A program made the position numbers and the translations under genes. The notes under the pieces are model-generated. The model ran no database searches. It was not told the DNA's origin and saw only the letters and a program-made list of their open reading frames with translations. A stretch of DNA of 38,729 bases, taken from a virus (Duplodnaviria; Caudoviricetes). The stretch is taken from positions 1-38,729 of IMG/VR virus record IMGVR_UViG_3300049472_000070; one strand, written 5' to 3'. Shown here one piece after another: positions 8,135 to 15,822 of this stretch. The number at the start of each line of letters is the position of its first letter. The first letter of the stretch is position 1.

Positions 8135-8602
8135 ATGAAAATCGAAACCGGCAAAAAGTACGTTCAGCGCAACGGGGAAGTTGTCACCTGCCTTACGGAT
8201 AAGGCGTGGGGCGAGTACCCAGTGCTTGTTCAGCATATGGGTGGGGCCGTTGGGTTCCGTAGGGAAGATGGAACTTCCGCTATTAGTGAGCGTGGCGACC
8301 TCGTTTCCGAGTACGTCGAGCCGCGCAAGGCGGTGGAGGCGTGGGCTTTTGTGCGGAGTGACGCGCCCGCAAACGTATTCCTGCGCGACACACAGGAAGG
8401 CGCGGAGCGAGTTGCAGCGGAGTTTTTCGGCGGCACCATCCACCACCTTCGCGAAGTCAACCCGGCGCGGGAGGCTGCGGTTGAGGAGCTGGCGAGGGGC
8501 GCGAGGGGCTTCCTTAACTGCGAGCCAACCCCCTTGAGGGAGAGCGTTCGCAACATGCGCGCCGGCCTAGACGCCCTAGACGCAGCGGAAGGTGTGAAGT
8601 GA
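8135..8602 (+). CDS. Hypothetical phage protein
   Basis: MKIETGKKYVQRNGE...YPV...DLVSEY, a pattern common in phage early genes. Confidence 0.65.
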   Translation: MKIETGKKYVQRNGEVVTCLTDKAWGEYPVLVQHMGGAVGFRREDGTSAISERGDLVSEYVEPRKAVEAWAFVRSDAPANVFLRDTQEGAERVAAEFFGGTIHHLREVNPAREAAVEELARGARGFLNCEPTPLRESVRNMRAGLDALDAAEGVK

Positions 8603-8892
8603 GCCGGGGTAACGAGCCGGCGTATCCGGTGCCGCTGAACCCCGGAGAGGGCGCTAGCGGAATTGGAAAGTTTGACGGCATGACCCTACGCGACCGATGC
8701 GAGGCGCTTCCAGAGGCCGCGAAACACTTCGCCAAGTCCTTCTTGATGCTGCTGGCCGCAGCCATCACGCCTTGGGCGGTGATCGGCACCTGCGTGTGGC
8801 TGTTTGGCACCAAGAACGCGATAGTCCCTATCTTGCTTTCCATGTGCGCCATTGGCGCGGGCGTGATGACGGCGACCAGGGTGAAGCTATGA
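8599..8892 (+). CDS. Hypothetical membrane protein
   Basis: PAYP...GMTLRD N-terminus fused to two TM segments. Confidence 0.55.
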   Translation: MSRGNEPAYPVPLNPGEGASGIGKFDGMTLRDRCEALPEAAKHFAKSFLMLLAAAITPWAVIGTCVWLFGTKNAIVPILLSMCAIGAGVMTATRVKL

Positions 8893-9098
8893 CCAGTCTG
8901 CGCGAAATGTGCGAGGCGCTGGTGCGGGAGTGGCGGGAGGAAGCTGCGGCTTTTGAGGCCGACGGTTGGTTCACCGCCGCCCAAGCTTGCGAACACAACG
9001 CCATTGAACTCCAAGCCGCCCTGGACGCCACCGCACACGATTCGTTGGATGCGTTGGACTACGCCATTGACCAAGCCATGAAGGAGAGCAAGCCGTGA
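8889..9098 (+). CDS. Hypothetical protein
   Basis: Coupled ORF; LDYAIDQAM C-terminus. Confidence 0.6.
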   Translation: MTSLREMCEALVREWREEAAAFEADGWFTAAQACEHNAIELQAALDATAHDSLDALDYAIDQAMKESKP

Positions 9099-9355
9099 CC
9101 AGTGAAACGAAGTTGCCGCCTATTCCGGCTGTGTTGCTTGACGTATTGGTTAAAGCGCGGAACAGGCCAACGCATCACCTTAAAGTTATCGGGCTGGTAA
9201 AGAGCTATGCCCGAGCTGCCGTGAAGTTGAACATTGAAGCGGCGATGGATGCAGTGCGAATGTATGGCGGCAGCTATACCAATGCAGAGATTCTAGAAAT
9301 GCCATGCGCCCGAGCCGTTGCGGAGCAAGCCGTGATCAGTGAAACGAAGTTGCCG
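9086..9355 (+). repeat. 33-bp direct repeat (1 mismatch) flanking an AT-richer insert
   Basis: GAGCAAGCCGTGA(C/T)CAGTGAAACGAAGTTGCCG at 9086-9118 and 9323-9355. Confidence 0.9.
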
Positions 9356-9733
9356 GAGTTCCCGACGATGCTCCGCAAGATGTGGTCAGGCGGGGAAGTG
9401 CAGCGGTGGATTGACGAGAACATCGCGCCACTGTGGAACGCCCGCGCCTGGGTGGAGACCAAAGTGGAGGACACTCGTAGCGAGCGCGTCAAGCAGTGGT
9501 TTCGCTGCGACCACGCGGAGCCGCGCACGCTGCAAGAGGCGGTGGAGGAACGGAACTTCCTGCTCGACTCTTACGTCGCCATAGCTATCGCGCTGGGGTT
9601 CACTGAGTACGCCGACGAGTCCGATATTCTCGCCCGCGCCGCCGTGGAGCAGTCCAAGCCCGAGGGGGATGCGGGGGCGTGGCGACTGGACGAGCGTGGA
9701 CTGCTAGTGCATGTAGGGGCGAACGCCCCGTGA
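9095..9733 (+). CDS. Mosaic hypothetical protein
   Basis: Internal repeats (SETKLP x2, ARAAV-like x3); FPTMLRKMWSGGEVQ.W module. Confidence 0.65.
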   Translation: MTSETKLPPIPAVLLDVLVKARNRPTHHLKVIGLVKSYARAAVKLNIEAAMDAVRMYGGSYTNAEILEMPCARAVAEQAVISETKLPEFPTMLRKMWSGGEVQRWIDENIAPLWNARAWVETKVEDTRSERVKQWFRCDHAEPRTLQEAVEERNFLLDSYVAIAIALGFTEYADESDILARAAVEQSKPEGDAGAWRLDERGLLVHVGANAP

Positions 9734-10407
9734 CAATGACCGATGAACAGGCGTTGGCGGTGTTGGAGAAGCTTACCGGCCTGCCCAGCGTAGTTACAAA
9801 CCTGCGCGGTGAAACCGTCAACAGGTTTCAGGTACAAAACGCACTCGCCCACATAGCCGCCCGCCTGTCCGAAGCCCCGCCCGCCGCTGCGGTGTGTTTC
9901 AACTGTGAGGAATCTACCGCCAAGTGCGCGTGCATTTCTGCCCCGCCCGCCGCTGCGGTGGACTACCAGCGTGAGGTGAACGATACGCTGGACGGTGTGC
10001 TGGCGTGGTTCGAGGCCCAAGACAGCGACGACTACCCGCGCAAGTTGGTGGAGTCCGTCAAGGCGTTGCGCGCTGGGTTCCACGCCCCGCCCGCCGCTGC
10101 GGTGCCACCGATAGGGCCGGCGCTGTACGGGTGGCTGCGAGAACGCGACCTGATGCCCGACTGCTACGAGGACGGCACCGTGGACGAGAATGAAATCGTC
10201 CGTAACCTTAACGAACACGAACGCAACATCATGGCCCCGCCCGCCGACAGCGCCGGGGTGACGGAGGCGCTAGGCTGCTTTGACTCAGCGTTTTTTGAAG
10301 GCTGGCACGAAGCGTTGGCCGAAGGAAACATTGAGCGAATCCGCGACCTATGGGACAGGCGGCTGTCCTATGCATACGCAGTACTCAGCGCGGCGAGGTG
10401 GAAGTGA
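9730..10407 (+). CDS. Mosaic hypothetical protein with APPAAAV linkers
   Basis: Coupled ORF; repeated linkers. Confidence 0.65.
   Translation: MTMTDEQALAVLEKLTGLPSVVTNLRGETVNRFQVQNALAHIAARLSEAPPAAAVCFNCEESTAKCACISAPPAAAVDYQREVNDTLDGVLAWFEAQDSDDYPRKLVESVKALRAGFHAPPAAAVPPIGPALYGWLRERDLMPDCYEDGTVDENEIVRNLNEHERNIMAPPADSAGVTEALGCFDSAFFEGWHEALAEGNIERIRDLWDRRLSYAYAVLSAARWK
9874..10246 (+). repeat. 21-bp in-frame linker repeat GCCCCGCCCGCCGCTGCGGTG x3 plus one partial
   Basis: Copies at 9874, 9940, 10084; partial at 10234. Confidence 0.9.
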
Positions 10408-10464
10408 TGCACCAGGACACGCCGACCCGCTACACTCACTGATCCACAACCGAAGGAAACCACG

Positions 10465-10794
10465 ATGTCCGAATACCCGAAAGACCTGGCCGTGAAAACC
10501 GGCACCTACACCGACAAGTCCGGTGTCACCAAGAACCGCTACGAGAACATCGGCAAACTGATGCAGGGCAAGGACGGCCTGTACGTCCTGCTGAAAAAAA
10601 CCTTCAACCCGGCAGGTGTCGAAACCGAGCCTGGCCGCGACATGATCGTCGTTTCGGTGTTTGAGAAACGCGATGAGGGGCAGCAGGGTGCGCCGCAGCC
10701 GCAGCGCCAGACTGGCGGCACGACCGGGCCACGCGGCGGTGATGTCAACGAAGACATCCCGTTTGCCCCGTATGAACGTGGCTGGATCGCCTGA
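10465..10794 (+). CDS. Putative ssDNA-binding protein
   Basis: Small beta-rich domain, Gly/Gln linker, EDIPF motif near the C-terminus; upstream of replicase. Confidence 0.6.
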   Translation: MSEYPKDLAVKTGTYTDKSGVTKNRYENIGKLMQGKDGLYVLLKKTFNPAGVETEPGRDMIVVSVFEKRDEGQQGAPQPQRQTGGTTGPRGGDVNEDIPFAPYERGWIA

Positions 10795-10890
10795 CGCCTG
10801 ATACCATCCCTTTCCGGAAGGACAGCCTGCCTGCGGGCAGGTTGCGCCCCGGCAGGCGCTAACTTCCACTTCTCTTGCCGGAGAGCATCC

Positions 10891-12939
10891 TTGCAAACCC
10901 TACCCGAATCCAACGTCACCCCGCTGCGCGTTCCCCCGAGCGCCGTGGAGGCCGAGCAGTCTGTCCTGGGCGGCATCCTGCTGTCCCCGGAATCGCTGGC
11001 CGCCGTCACCGAACTGCTGGCCGAGCGCCATTTCTTCCGGCGCGACCATCGCATCATCTTCCGCGCCATGTGCGCCCTTGCCGATGACGAAAAGCCGGCT
11101 GACCCGGTAACGCTGGGCCAGTGGATCGAATCCAACGGGCTGTCGGATGAAATCGGCGGCACCGGCTACCTAGTCGAACTCGCGTCCACGACCCCGAGCG
11201 CGGCGAACATCCGCGCCTATGCTGAAATCGTGCGCGAGAAATCCGCGCTGCGCGAACTGATCGAAGCCGGAACCGAAATCGTCAACGGCGCGTTCTCGCC
11301 CGAGGGGCAGACAGCCACCGAAATCTACCATCGCTCGCTCGCAGCCATCGCTGCCGTCGAGCCGTCGCTGGCCGAAACGCCGCCGCCGACTGACCTGTTT
11401 GGCGAACATGATCCGCCGACCCTGCGCCGCGAATGGCTCCCGCCGCCAATTCAGGACGTTGTGTTCAGCGCGTCCGATGTCAAAGGCTCCCCGCCCGAAG
11501 TCATGGCCCTGTCCATGCTGATCGCCTGCGCGGCGGCCTGCGATGACAAGTTCCAGGTGCAGCCCCGCGCCAACGAACCGGGCTGGAAGGAATCCGCCCG
11601 CCTGTGGGGCGTGATCGTGGGCGACCCGTCATCGAAGAAAACCCCTGCCATGAAACTCGCTATGTCCAGCTTGGCTGAAACCAATCAGGTCATGCTGGGC
11701 AAGTACGTGCAGGCCCGCGCCGAGTACGAGCGCCAAGTGAAGCTGCACAACCTGTCCGAGAAAAAATCCCTCAAGGCCCAAGCCAACGGCGAGGGCATGG
11801 TGGAAACCGCGAACGCTCCGGTGCCGCCGAAAAACATCCGCCTCATCACTAACGACGGCACAACCGAGGGCATCACGAAACTGCTGGCCGACAACGAGCG
11901 CGGGCTGCTGTACTACACCGACGAACTGACATCTTGGCTGGGCGGCATGGGCCGGTATTCTGCGAACGGTGGCGCGGCAGACCGGGCGTTCTGGCTTGAG
12001 TGCTACCAAGGCGGCTCCAAGGTCATAGACCGCGCCAGCGCCCCGCCAGTGAACGTGCCGAACCTGTCGGTGAACGTCATCGGTTCCATCCAGCCCGACC
12101 GCATCCGTTCACTGGCATCGCGCATGGACGATGACGGCCTGTTGCAGCGGTGCATGGTCGCGGTGATCCCGACCGCCGAGCGCAGGCCATCGGACAATCC
12201 GGAGCCTACGGCGCAGATTCAGGCGTATGACGCGATGCTCAAGCACATCTACGCTACGCGGGCGGACGGCTACTGCATCGTGCAGATGTCGCCCGAGGCC
12301 GATGCGGTGCGCCGTGAGATGGACAACTGGCGCATCACCATCGTCGCCAGCGATGGCCTGCCGGGGATGCTCCGCAGCGCCGTGGCGAAATACGAGGGCT
12401 TGTTTCCCAGGCTGTGCCTCACTTACCACATGATGTCCTGCGCCTCACTCGGGAAATACCCGGTGGCGGTTCCGATCACCGGGGCGACGGCCCGCCGGGT
12501 CGCCAGCTTCATGCGGCTGTTCCTGTTCCCGAACGCGGTGTCGTTCTATACGTCGGTGATGGGCCAGGCCAGCCCCGGATTCTCGCTGGCCCGGAAAGTG
12601 GCCGACTACCTCATTTCCAGCAATCCGCGCCGCGTGACGCGCCGGAACATCATCCACGGCGTGAGCGCTTGGCGGGAGTCCCCGGATTGGCAACAGGCCC
12701 AAGCGACGGCAACGCTGGAACAGGCCGGATGGCTGATCCCGGACGCATCCGGAGGCCGGTTCACGAAAGCCTGGATTCTGAATCCGCAGGTCGCTTCGAT
12801 GTACGCGGGCCGTGCGGCTGGAATCCGGCAGCGACGGGCAGCGACGGCGGCGATTCTGGCGGACATGAAGCTCGCCAAGTCTGGCGGGGCCAGCAGCGGG
12901 AAACCGGCCCCGGACGAACCGGAACCGGCGATTGCGTGA
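10891..12939 (+). CDS. Replication protein: DnaB N-terminal domain fused to DUF3987/YfjI-like P-loop ATPase
   Basis: PP.AVEAEQSVLG...GGTGYLVELASTTPSAANIRAYAEIVREKS (DnaB NTD); LWGVIVGDPSSKKTP, TTEG, DEL, DR, GSIQP, DDGLLQR; TTG start with GGAG. Confidence 0.8.
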   Translation: MQTLPESNVTPLRVPPSAVEAEQSVLGGILLSPESLAAVTELLAERHFFRRDHRIIFRAMCALADDEKPADPVTLGQWIESNGLSDEIGGTGYLVELASTTPSAANIRAYAEIVREKSALRELIEAGTEIVNGAFSPEGQTATEIYHRSLAAIAAVEPSLAETPPPTDLFGEHDPPTLRREWLPPPIQDVVFSASDVKGSPPEVMALSMLIACAAACDDKFQVQPRANEPGWKESARLWGVIVGDPSSKKTPAMKLAMSSLAETNQVMLGKYVQARAEYERQVKLHNLSEKKSLKAQANGEGMVETANAPVPPKNIRLITNDGTTEGITKLLADNERGLLYYTDELTSWLGGMGRYSANGGAADRAFWLECYQGGSKVIDRASAPPVNVPNLSVNVIGSIQPDRIRSLASRMDDDGLLQRCMVAVIPTAERRPSDNPEPTAQIQAYDAMLKHIYATRADGYCIVQMSPEADAVRREMDNWRITIVASDGLPGMLRSAVAKYEGLFPRLCLTYHMMSCASLGKYPVAVPITGATARRVASFMRLFLFPNAVSFYTSVMGQASPGFSLARKVADYLISSNPRRVTRRNIIHGVSAWRESPDWQQAQATATLEQAGWLIPDASGGRFTKAWILNPQVASMYAGRAAGIRQRRAATAAILADMKLAKSGGASSGKPAPDEPEPAIA

Positions 12940-13080
12940 GCGCCGGGGATCGCGCCCGACATGCCCGAATTATTTTGCCGACCTCACTAACAGGCCGCCA
13001 AGCCCGAGAAATCGGGCCAGAACGTCATGGGTGGGCCTAGGCGGTGTCCGGGACGCATCCGGGCACCATTCCAGCGGCGC

Positions 13081-13116
13081 AACGAAAACGGCCCCATAGC
13101 GGGGCCGGTTCGTTTC
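13081..13116. terminator. Probable bidirectional terminator
   Basis: CGGCCCC-ATAGC-GGGGCCG flanked by A-rich and T-rich runs, between convergent operons. Confidence 0.55.
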
Positions 13117-13128
13117 AGCGGGGCCGGT

Positions 13129-13332
13129 TCAAGGCTTGCGGCCAGGCTCGGGCTTCCCGAGCGTTCCCAGTAGCGCCGCTTCAATCACAGCGCGAACACT
13201 GCCGTGAATACTTTGCCAGTGGGCTAGCTCACGTATAGCGTCCGGATGCTTCAGGACACACTGGATTAGCTTTCCGCTGGCCCGGTGTCGGGCCAGGGCT
13301 TCCTTTGCGGCTTGGCGGGCGCGGGTGGTCAT
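13129..13332 (-). CDS. Hypothetical protein
   Basis: Coupled ORF. Confidence 0.6.
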   Translation of the reverse strand: MTTRARQAAKEALARHRASGKLIQCVLKHPDAIRELAHWQSIHGSVRAVIEAALLGTLGKPEPGRKP

Positions 13333-13715
13333 GCTTCCCCCTTAACCCACGCGAAAACGTCCGCCTTATCCTTCCCAGCAGGGTACGGGCAGCGACCATC
13401 GAACAGCGCGCCCACGTAATCCCGCAAGCCGGACAGTTTCCGGACTAGGGCGCTAGGCGGTATGCCAAGCTCAAACGCGGCCCGTTCACGTGACCAGGCC
13501 CGGACAGTTTGCATGTCCCCATCCTTGTCAATCGCAGCCCACAGTGGCCCGGACGCGCCACCGTGGCCCCAATACGCGCCGCCGTCGTCATATCCGCCGG
13601 AATCCAGGCGAACTTTAAACAGGCGAATCGAGCGCGGCGCATGGTCAAGATGGCCGACGCAATGGCGGCCCATCGGCGCACCGTAGCGCCCGGATACATT
13701 CTCAAACTGTTTCAT
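13329..13715 (-). CDS. Conserved-looking phage early protein
   Basis: YGAPMGR...VRLDSGGYDDGGAYWG motif. Confidence 0.7.
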   Translation of the reverse strand: MKQFENVSGRYGAPMGRHCVGHLDHAPRSIRLFKVRLDSGGYDDGGAYWGHGGASGPLWAAIDKDGDMQTVRAWSRERAAFELGIPPSALVRKLSGLRDYVGALFDGRCPYPAGKDKADVFAWVKGEA

Positions 13716-13969
13716 GCCGCACCCCCGAGAGTGATGCAGAGCTGCCTTGCAAGCGCCCCATAAGCCCGGCGCACACCGGGCCGCACATCTTCAATAACGT
13801 CGCTGCGGGCGTAGTCGCGGGCATCGCTCAGCATGGATTCAGCGTCTGCCACTGGCACCATGTGGACGCCCGGCATCCAGCACGCTTCCGGAGCGAAGTC
13901 CGGGCAGCGGTCGCAATACTCGTTCGCTATGGTCAGGCTGATACGCACAGCCACCACCGGGGCGCTCAT
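13712..13969 (-). CDS. Hypothetical protein
   Basis: Coupled ORF. Confidence 0.55.
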   Translation of the reverse strand: MSAPVVAVRISLTIANEYCDRCPDFAPEACWMPGVHMVPVADAESMLSDARDYARSDVIEDVRPGVRRAYGALARQLCITLGGAA

Positions 13970-14103
13970 TTCGCACCAACCCGCGAAATCGCATCAGCCG
14001 CAGCCCGAGCCGCGACTTTCCGCATGTATTCCGCCTGATGCAACCAACCCTCCGCTATAAATCCGGGCCGGTTCAGCGGCATTTTCAGACCCTTGGCTTG
14101 CAT
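13966..14103 (-). CDS. Hypothetical 45-aa protein
   Basis: Read manually (MQAKGLKMPLNRPG...); AGGAG RBS. Confidence 0.55.
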   Translation of the reverse strand: MQAKGLKMPLNRPGFIAEGWLHQAEYMRKVAARAAADAISRVGAK

Positions 14104-14144
14104 GTCACGCTCCTATCAATCGCTGGCCCATCGCCAGTGACGCC

Positions 14145-14173
14145 ATAATTTCATGCAATAACCGGCCTGTCAA
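14145..14173 (-). promoter_or_regulatory. Leftward sigma70-like promoter
   Basis: TTGACA-17-AATTAT upstream of the 14103 gene. Confidence 0.55.
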
Positions 14174-14555
14174 CACCATTGTTGCGATTGTTACGAGAAA
14201 TTTCGTTCAGCTTCGTGATTATCCAATTCCAGCAACATCCCCAACACCCACGGCCAGCGGCAACCCTGCCATGTCAGCAACATCCGCAACAACGTTAAAA
14301 TATAGTTATAGCGGCTCACCAGCAACATTACCAACATACCACGCTATGTCATGCAATCCTGCCAACAACATCCGTAACAGTGAAGGGTTGACGATGTTGT
14401 TAATGTTGACAAATACGCGAAAGTAGTTTTTTTTTAGGGGGTCACCCCATAAACAGGGTGATTTCAATATCTCTCTTGTGCACTTTCCATCAACATTCTC
14501 AACACGCCTTGAATCGGTCGCCGGCCAAGCGTCGGCCCATCAACATTCTCAACAT
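14171..14555. repeat. Iteron array / putative replication origin
   Basis: Paired CAACAT-N3-CAACA units at 14233, 14278, 14323, 14366, 14491, 14541; inverted triple at 14385-14408; AT-rich tracts at about 14295-14310 and 14420-14435. Confidence 0.65.
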
Positions 14556-14840
14556 CCCGGCAGGTCGCGGTTCGGCCTGGTAACTGGCCGCTGATCCCCG
14601 GCGGCCTAGTCCGGTAGCGCTCGATGCCGCCAGAACGAAATGCGCGGGCCGTGGCGACCATATCGTGGGCAGGCCGGCACGGTGGCCGCACCCTGCCCGA
14701 GATGCGGCCTCCTGGCGCGTTCTACGCGGCCGCTGGCTGGCGTGGCGCATCCGGGGCGGATTAGCATCGTTGGCGCAACAATCGGCGGCTTGCTGGCGGC
14801 ATCGTGCTATTGCTGGCACGACAGGCGTATCATGCTCACG

Positions 14841-14853
14841 CAAGGCATTGATT
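14841..14853 (-). promoter_or_regulatory. IHF consensus site
   Basis: AATCAATGCCTTG matches WATCAANNNNTTR exactly. Confidence 0.55.
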
Positions 14854-14862
14854 CATAAGGCC

Positions 14863-14890
14863 ACTACGCATAACACCCATTATGTAAAGT
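14863..14890 (+). other. dif-like XerC/XerD recombination site
   Basis: ACTACGCATAA-CACCCA-TTATGTAAAGT versus E. coli dif GGTGCGCATAA-TGTATA-TTATGTTAAAT (11-6-11 layout). Confidence 0.8.
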
Positions 14891-14975
14891 CACGAAAACC
14901 GTATGGTGCCGGGCGAATGGCCCAGGCTCGGGGCAGGTTGTTGCATTGCTGGGATGCTGGCGCTAGGCTCCGCGC

Positions 14976-15578
14976 ATGGCCGACACCCCTACCCCCATCG
15001 AACGCGACACGCCCGAGGCAGGGGGTGGGCACCCAAACGCCGCGATTGCCGATGGTATGGGCCTCCAATTTCCCCCCTCGTCAGAAATCGCCCAGCCGTA
15101 TCATGAAACCTTGGATACCGGCCTGACGCTGTTGCAGTCGTTGGCCCCGGAGGACGAGGATCGTGCGGAGCTGCCGGTGTGCTGGGACGGTGCGCCGACG
15201 CGGGCGGCGTTGAAGCAGTTGCGGTTGGAGTCGCGGTGTCCTGGGTTTTGTGCGGAGCAGGCGTGGGAGGTTTTGACGCGGCTGTACGGCGGGGAAACGC
15301 TGACGAAGATTTGCCGTGATGCGGGGACGCCGAGTCGTGCGGTGGTGATGTGGTGGTCGGAGTTGGTTCCGGAGTTTGGTGTGATGTTGGAGAAGGCGCA
15401 GGTTTCGTTGGGTGGAGTGATGCGGGATCGGGCGGTGGAGATTTTGGAGGCGGAGGACGGTGATCCTGCGCGGGGTCGTGCGGTGTTGGCGCTGGCGGGG
15501 TCGTATGATCGCCGGATAGCGAAGGGAGATGAGGGGGCCGTGGCGGTGGCGGGGCTGACGGTCAACGTATCGTGGTGA
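14976..15578 (+). CDS. terS: Terminase small subunit (start uncertain)
   Basis: GETLTKICRDAGTPSRAVVMWW HTH of Sf6-like TerS; upstream of terL. Confidence 0.7.
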   Translation: MADTPTPIERDTPEAGGGHPNAAIADGMGLQFPPSSEIAQPYHETLDTGLTLLQSLAPEDEDRAELPVCWDGAPTRAALKQLRLESRCPGFCAEQAWEVLTRLYGGETLTKICRDAGTPSRAVVMWWSELVPEFGVMLEKAQVSLGGVMRDRAVEILEAEDGDPARGRAVLALAGSYDRRIAKGDEGAVAVAGLTVNVSW

Positions 15579-15591
15579 TGACTGGGAGGAT

Positions 15592-15819
15592 GTGATGAAG
15601 AAGATGGCCGGAGATTTTGTGCGTGATGCGAAGGAGTTGGCGAAGTCGGTGCGTCGGGTGTTTGTGGATGACCCGAAGCCTGCGACGGCGGAGCAGAAGA
15701 AGCGGGCGTCGGGGATGGCGGGTGCGGGTGGGTTGAGTGGTCGGCGGCGGGATGCGGCGCGGGATGACATCATCCGGAACGCGACGGGCGAGGATCGGCG
15801 TCCGAAGGCGAGGCGTTGA
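15592..15819 (+). CDS. Basic hypothetical protein
   Basis: GGAGG RBS; between terS and terL. Confidence 0.6.
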   Translation: MMKKMAGDFVRDAKELAKSVRRVFVDDPKPATAEQKKRASGMAGAGGLSGRRRDAARDDIIRNATGEDRRPKARR

Positions 15820-15822
15820 GGC

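Noticed and set aside
9874-10246. CRISPR-like repeat/spacer array
   Set aside because: Spacer lengths are irregular and all multiples of three, inside an open ORF; better explained as peptide linkers
10891-12939. Ordinary dnaB gene
   Set aside because: Lacks the DnaB C-terminal motifs (RP.MGKT, DYLQL); only the NTD is DnaB-like
13098-13130. 14-bp tandem duplication AGCGGGGCCGGTTC as a mobile-element scar
   Set aside because: Simply duplicates one terminator arm; no element is associated
14171-14555. CRISPR array
   Set aside because: Repeats are short degenerate hexamer pairs in both orientations, not 25-40 bp identical repeats; no cas genes
14464-15126. Several short ORFs across the ori/dif region
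   Set aside because: No RBS or motifs, mutually overlapping, and coincide with cis elements
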